A stretch of DNA of 64,000 bases from Nitrosopumilus sp. Lineage in GTDB: Archaea > Thermoproteota > Nitrososphaeria > Nitrososphaerales > Nitrosopumilaceae. Where the stretch lies: the NCBI GenBank assembly GCA_965214775.1, contig OZ243974.1, forward strand, positions 1,888,001 through 1,952,000, given 5' to 3'. The notes beneath the pieces were generated by a model, which saw only the letters and a list, made by a program, of their open reading frames with translations, did not search any database and was not told the origin of the DNA. Below are positions 61,661 through 64,000 of this stretch, piece by piece (position 1 is the stretch's first letter; each line of letters begins with the position of its first letter). The translations under genes and the position numbers were made by a program.

Positions 61661-62074
61661 GTGAACCGCAATACGGAGATTGGCAGGATATCCGAATACC
61701 TCGATGCCGACGAGGACGTGCTGTACGCGGCAAGGCAGCGCAGGTTCGTCCCAGGGGGCTCGCCGGTGACGCCCAACGCCATATTTGCCACCAATAAAAA
61801 GCTGATAATCCGCTCGCCGCTGATGCTCGGCCTGCGAGAGCACGTCGAATACTTTCACTACCATGATATCGTAACCATAAACTACGAGCACGGCTGCTTC
61901 TCTTCCGCGCTTGTCCTGACCGCGCCCGGGATGGGAACCACTGCGCGCCCGGCAAAGGGCTCCGGTCAGCCGAGAACCGAAAGCGGTACCATAGGAGGGA
62001 TGCCAAAGGCCGACGTCATAAAAATAGCAAGCATAATCCGGGAGAGAACGGCAGGGAGGAGGCAGAAAAGATGA
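61661..62074 (+). CDS. bacterial-PH-domain protein
   Basis: L..DE.VLY.A.Q, IFATNKKLII, Y.DI..I. Confidence 0.75.
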   Translation: MNRNTEIGRISEYLDADEDVLYAARQRRFVPGGSPVTPNAIFATNKKLIIRSPLMLGLREHVEYFHYHDIVTINYEHGCFSSALVLTAPGMGTTARPAKGSGQPRTESGTIGGMPKADVIKIASIIRERTAGRRQKR

Positions 62075-62334
62075 GCCGGGAAGTCACAAGATCCCCGTCA
62101 AAAATGTGGTACATCGCCCACGTCTTCTTCTGGGTGGTAACAGGAATCATCTGCTATATCGTCTGGAAGGACGACAACCGGCAGATGGCAAAAAAGCACC
62201 TCATCGTATCCCTCTGGATGCCGGCAGCAGTATGGATTGCAATCTCGCTTGTATCGCTTGCCATAATACCAGACGTGGAGACTGATCCACACATGTGGCT
62301 CCTGGCGTTGGGGAATAGGGGGGCATCGCATTGA
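62071..62334 (+). CDS. small membrane protein
   Basis: WY...F...GII.Y...K.D...AK..L; overlaps its neighbours. Confidence 0.65.
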   Translation: MSREVTRSPSKMWYIAHVFFWVVTGIICYIVWKDDNRQMAKKHLIVSLWMPAAVWIAISLVSLAIIPDVETDPHMWLLALGNRGASH

Positions 62335-62675
62335 ATCTTCACGACCTGGCAATGGCGGGAATGATGGTATCCGTAACGGTGGCGATCATGTTTAACGTGC
62401 TGGTGATGTTTGATCCGATCCCGATAATCGGATTCCTAACCGCCGTGCTGGTAACCGTAGTACTCGTAACTGGCACAGTCGCCTGGTTTGTGCTTTCGTT
62501 TTTAGACGGCAGAAAAAAACGCACATGGCCGCCAGGCAGCACAAAGCAGGGGACACACCAGTGCCTGAAGGGGGGCAAAAGTCCAGCCCTGACCCGGGCC
62601 AGGAAAGGCACACGGATGCCGAGGGCGCCAAACACGGTGGGATCGGTCTTCAATGAGCCGTACGGCCGGCCATGA
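62331..62675 (+). CDS. small membrane protein
   Basis: two TM helices; translationally coupled. Confidence 0.5.
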   Translation: MNLHDLAMAGMMVSVTVAIMFNVLVMFDPIPIIGFLTAVLVTVVLVTGTVAWFVLSFLDGRKKRTWPPGSTKQGTHQCLKGGKSPALTRARKGTRMPRAPNTVGSVFNEPYGRP

Positions 62676-62943
62676 CATAGGCGGTCACAGAGGTGTGGTG
62701 CGGCGAGCCGAGCGTACGCGATGATAAAAACGCAAAAAGAATAGCGCCGGGTGACACACCCGGCATGATTTGCACTACCTGTGCCTCAGCGTCCTGGAGC
62801 ACCCGGGACACTTTACAGGCCTTTTGACGACGGGCTGCCACGAGTGGCCGCACAGCCTCCTTGGAAGTTTTCTTACGGCGGCCTTTCTCCTTGCTGTCAT
62901 GATTCCGAATATACGCTTCGATTCAAGGGGATGCAGGATGCGG

Positions 62944-63237
62944 CTACTTCCTCTCCGGAAGGCGCTCCTTGAGGATCTTCAGTATCTTCTGGAGTGTGTC
63001 TGACATATCGTCAAGCTTCTCAAGCTTTGCGTCTATGTTGTCAAACCGCTCCATTATCTTGCGCGTGTCATCCTTGGTCAGAAACATGTTGATTATCAAG
63101 AAGAGACTTGCTAATAAGCCGGCGCAGAGCAGCGCGTATGCGGAGGCCGTGTGCGGATGCTCCCAGATTCCTGGTATCATCGCAAAGATTACAAGCGCTA
63201 CAATGATCATGACTACCTTGCCTATCATCACATACAC
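62944..63237 (-). CDS. 2-TM plus coiled-coil protein
   Basis: KIMERFD..LEKLDDMSDTL. Confidence 0.65.
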   Translation of the reverse strand: MYVMIGKVVMIIVALVIFAMIPGIWEHPHTASAYALLCAGLLASLFLIINMFLTKDDTRKIMERFDNIDAKLEKLDDMSDTLQKILKILKERLPERK

Positions 63238-63423
63238 TTATGCGGCCCTCCAGATAGCCTCGCACTTGTCCCGGATCCAACGTGCCATCATGATATACGG
63301 CACGGGGATCCGAATTAACCATTGTGATCGGCGCGCCCTGGTCAAGCCGCGCAGTCAGGGAGGCCGGATCGCCGGCAGAAACCCGAATCCCCCGCCTTAA
63401 AAGCGGGCCGGCAATTTGTCTGC

Positions 63424-64000
63424 ATGCAGAGGGCCAAATATTCAGAGACAAGGATGGTCTGGTTTGCAATCACGCCGCTGATAAACCAGCCGATCTTCAC
63501 GTTCCCGATGGTAGGCTACATCTCCGCGTACCAGGCCATCATCATATTCTTCGTAGGGCTGCCGGCGATGTTCATCACCATGCACGTGACCGGCGAGCTG
63601 TCCCACGGGATACTTCCGTTTCTCGGAATAGTGGGATTCACGATGCTCCGGCCGCCACTGATATCATACGAGGGCAGGCTGCTTGCCAGGCTGAAGTTCA
63701 TGATGCTGGGGGGATCTTCGGGCGGCAGGAGCGTGAAAAAAAATCCAAAGAAAAACATGGGCAGGTACCTCGGGGTTCCGTCGGCAGAAAAGGAGGGACC
63801 GGAGGAGCCTGCGCCGGCGCCTGTCCGGGCAGTCGATGAGCCCATGACGGTCCGAGTCGGCGGGGAGCGCATGATGCAGATAGAGATAACCCTCAGAAAG
63901 CCAGACGGCGGGCTATTTGCAGGCAGGAAGGTAATCATACTGCTCGATGATGCCCCGATACTGACAAGCGTCTCCTCCCCGTCGGGACAGGTAAGAATAT
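63424..64000 (+). CDS. PrgI/VirB3-like membrane protein, truncated by the window end
   Basis: manual translation is open to the end: FAITPLINQPIFTFPMVG.IS..Q plus 2 TM, RPP..SYE..L. Confidence 0.5.
   Translation, partial: MQRAKYSETRMVWFAITPLINQPIFTFPMVGYISAYQAIIIFFVGLPAMFITMHVTGELSHGILPFLGIVGFTMLRPPLISYEGRLLARLKFMMLGGSSGGRSVKKNPKKNMGRYLGVPSAEKEGPEEPAPAPVRAVDEPMTVRVGGERMMQIEITLRKPDGGLFAGRKVIILLDDAPILTSVSSPSGQVRI

Larger units (their letters stand above)
51653..64000. mobile_element. probable integrated (conjugative) element starting at tRNA-Ser; runs past the window end
   Basis: core genes stop; much of the region is GC-richer; pilin-like, PrgI-like, TBP-like and antitoxin genes; no integrase or att copy visible. 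Confidence 0.55.

Overview
A Nitrosopumilus-like (Nitrososphaerota/Thaumarchaeota) archaeal chromosome segment. It has an intact core backbone: rpl12, TRIC, rpl10, rpl1, Lrp, rpl11, spt5, secE, dtdA, ogt, rpl19e, rpl32e, pckA, S8 protease, sod, pfdA, ftsY, argF, rpl18, rps5, rpl30, rpl15, secY, adk, DUF106, cmk, cbf5 and an intron-containing tRNA-Ser(GGA). The gaps between core genes are filled with nested IS elements (IS66, IS481, IS630, IS110/IS1111, IS6, IS5) and several MITE families. A probable integrated conjugative element starts after tRNA-Ser. Main observations: (1) an intact IS1111-type element whose 3' non-coding end encodes a two-loop bridge-RNA-like structure. Its guide segments match its own circle junction and its insertion site, which is the terminal inverted repeat of an IS66-type element. 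(2) Two unrelated exact 36-bp duplications around 36-37-bp inserts, the geometry expected from off-target Cas1-Cas2 spacer integration. (3) IS630 elements inserted at CG rather than TA. (4) A methyltransferase plus SAH-hydrolase-like/cupin fusion cassette. (5) A divergent TATA-binding protein on the integrated element. All calls come from reading the sequence and recalled motifs; no database searches were run.
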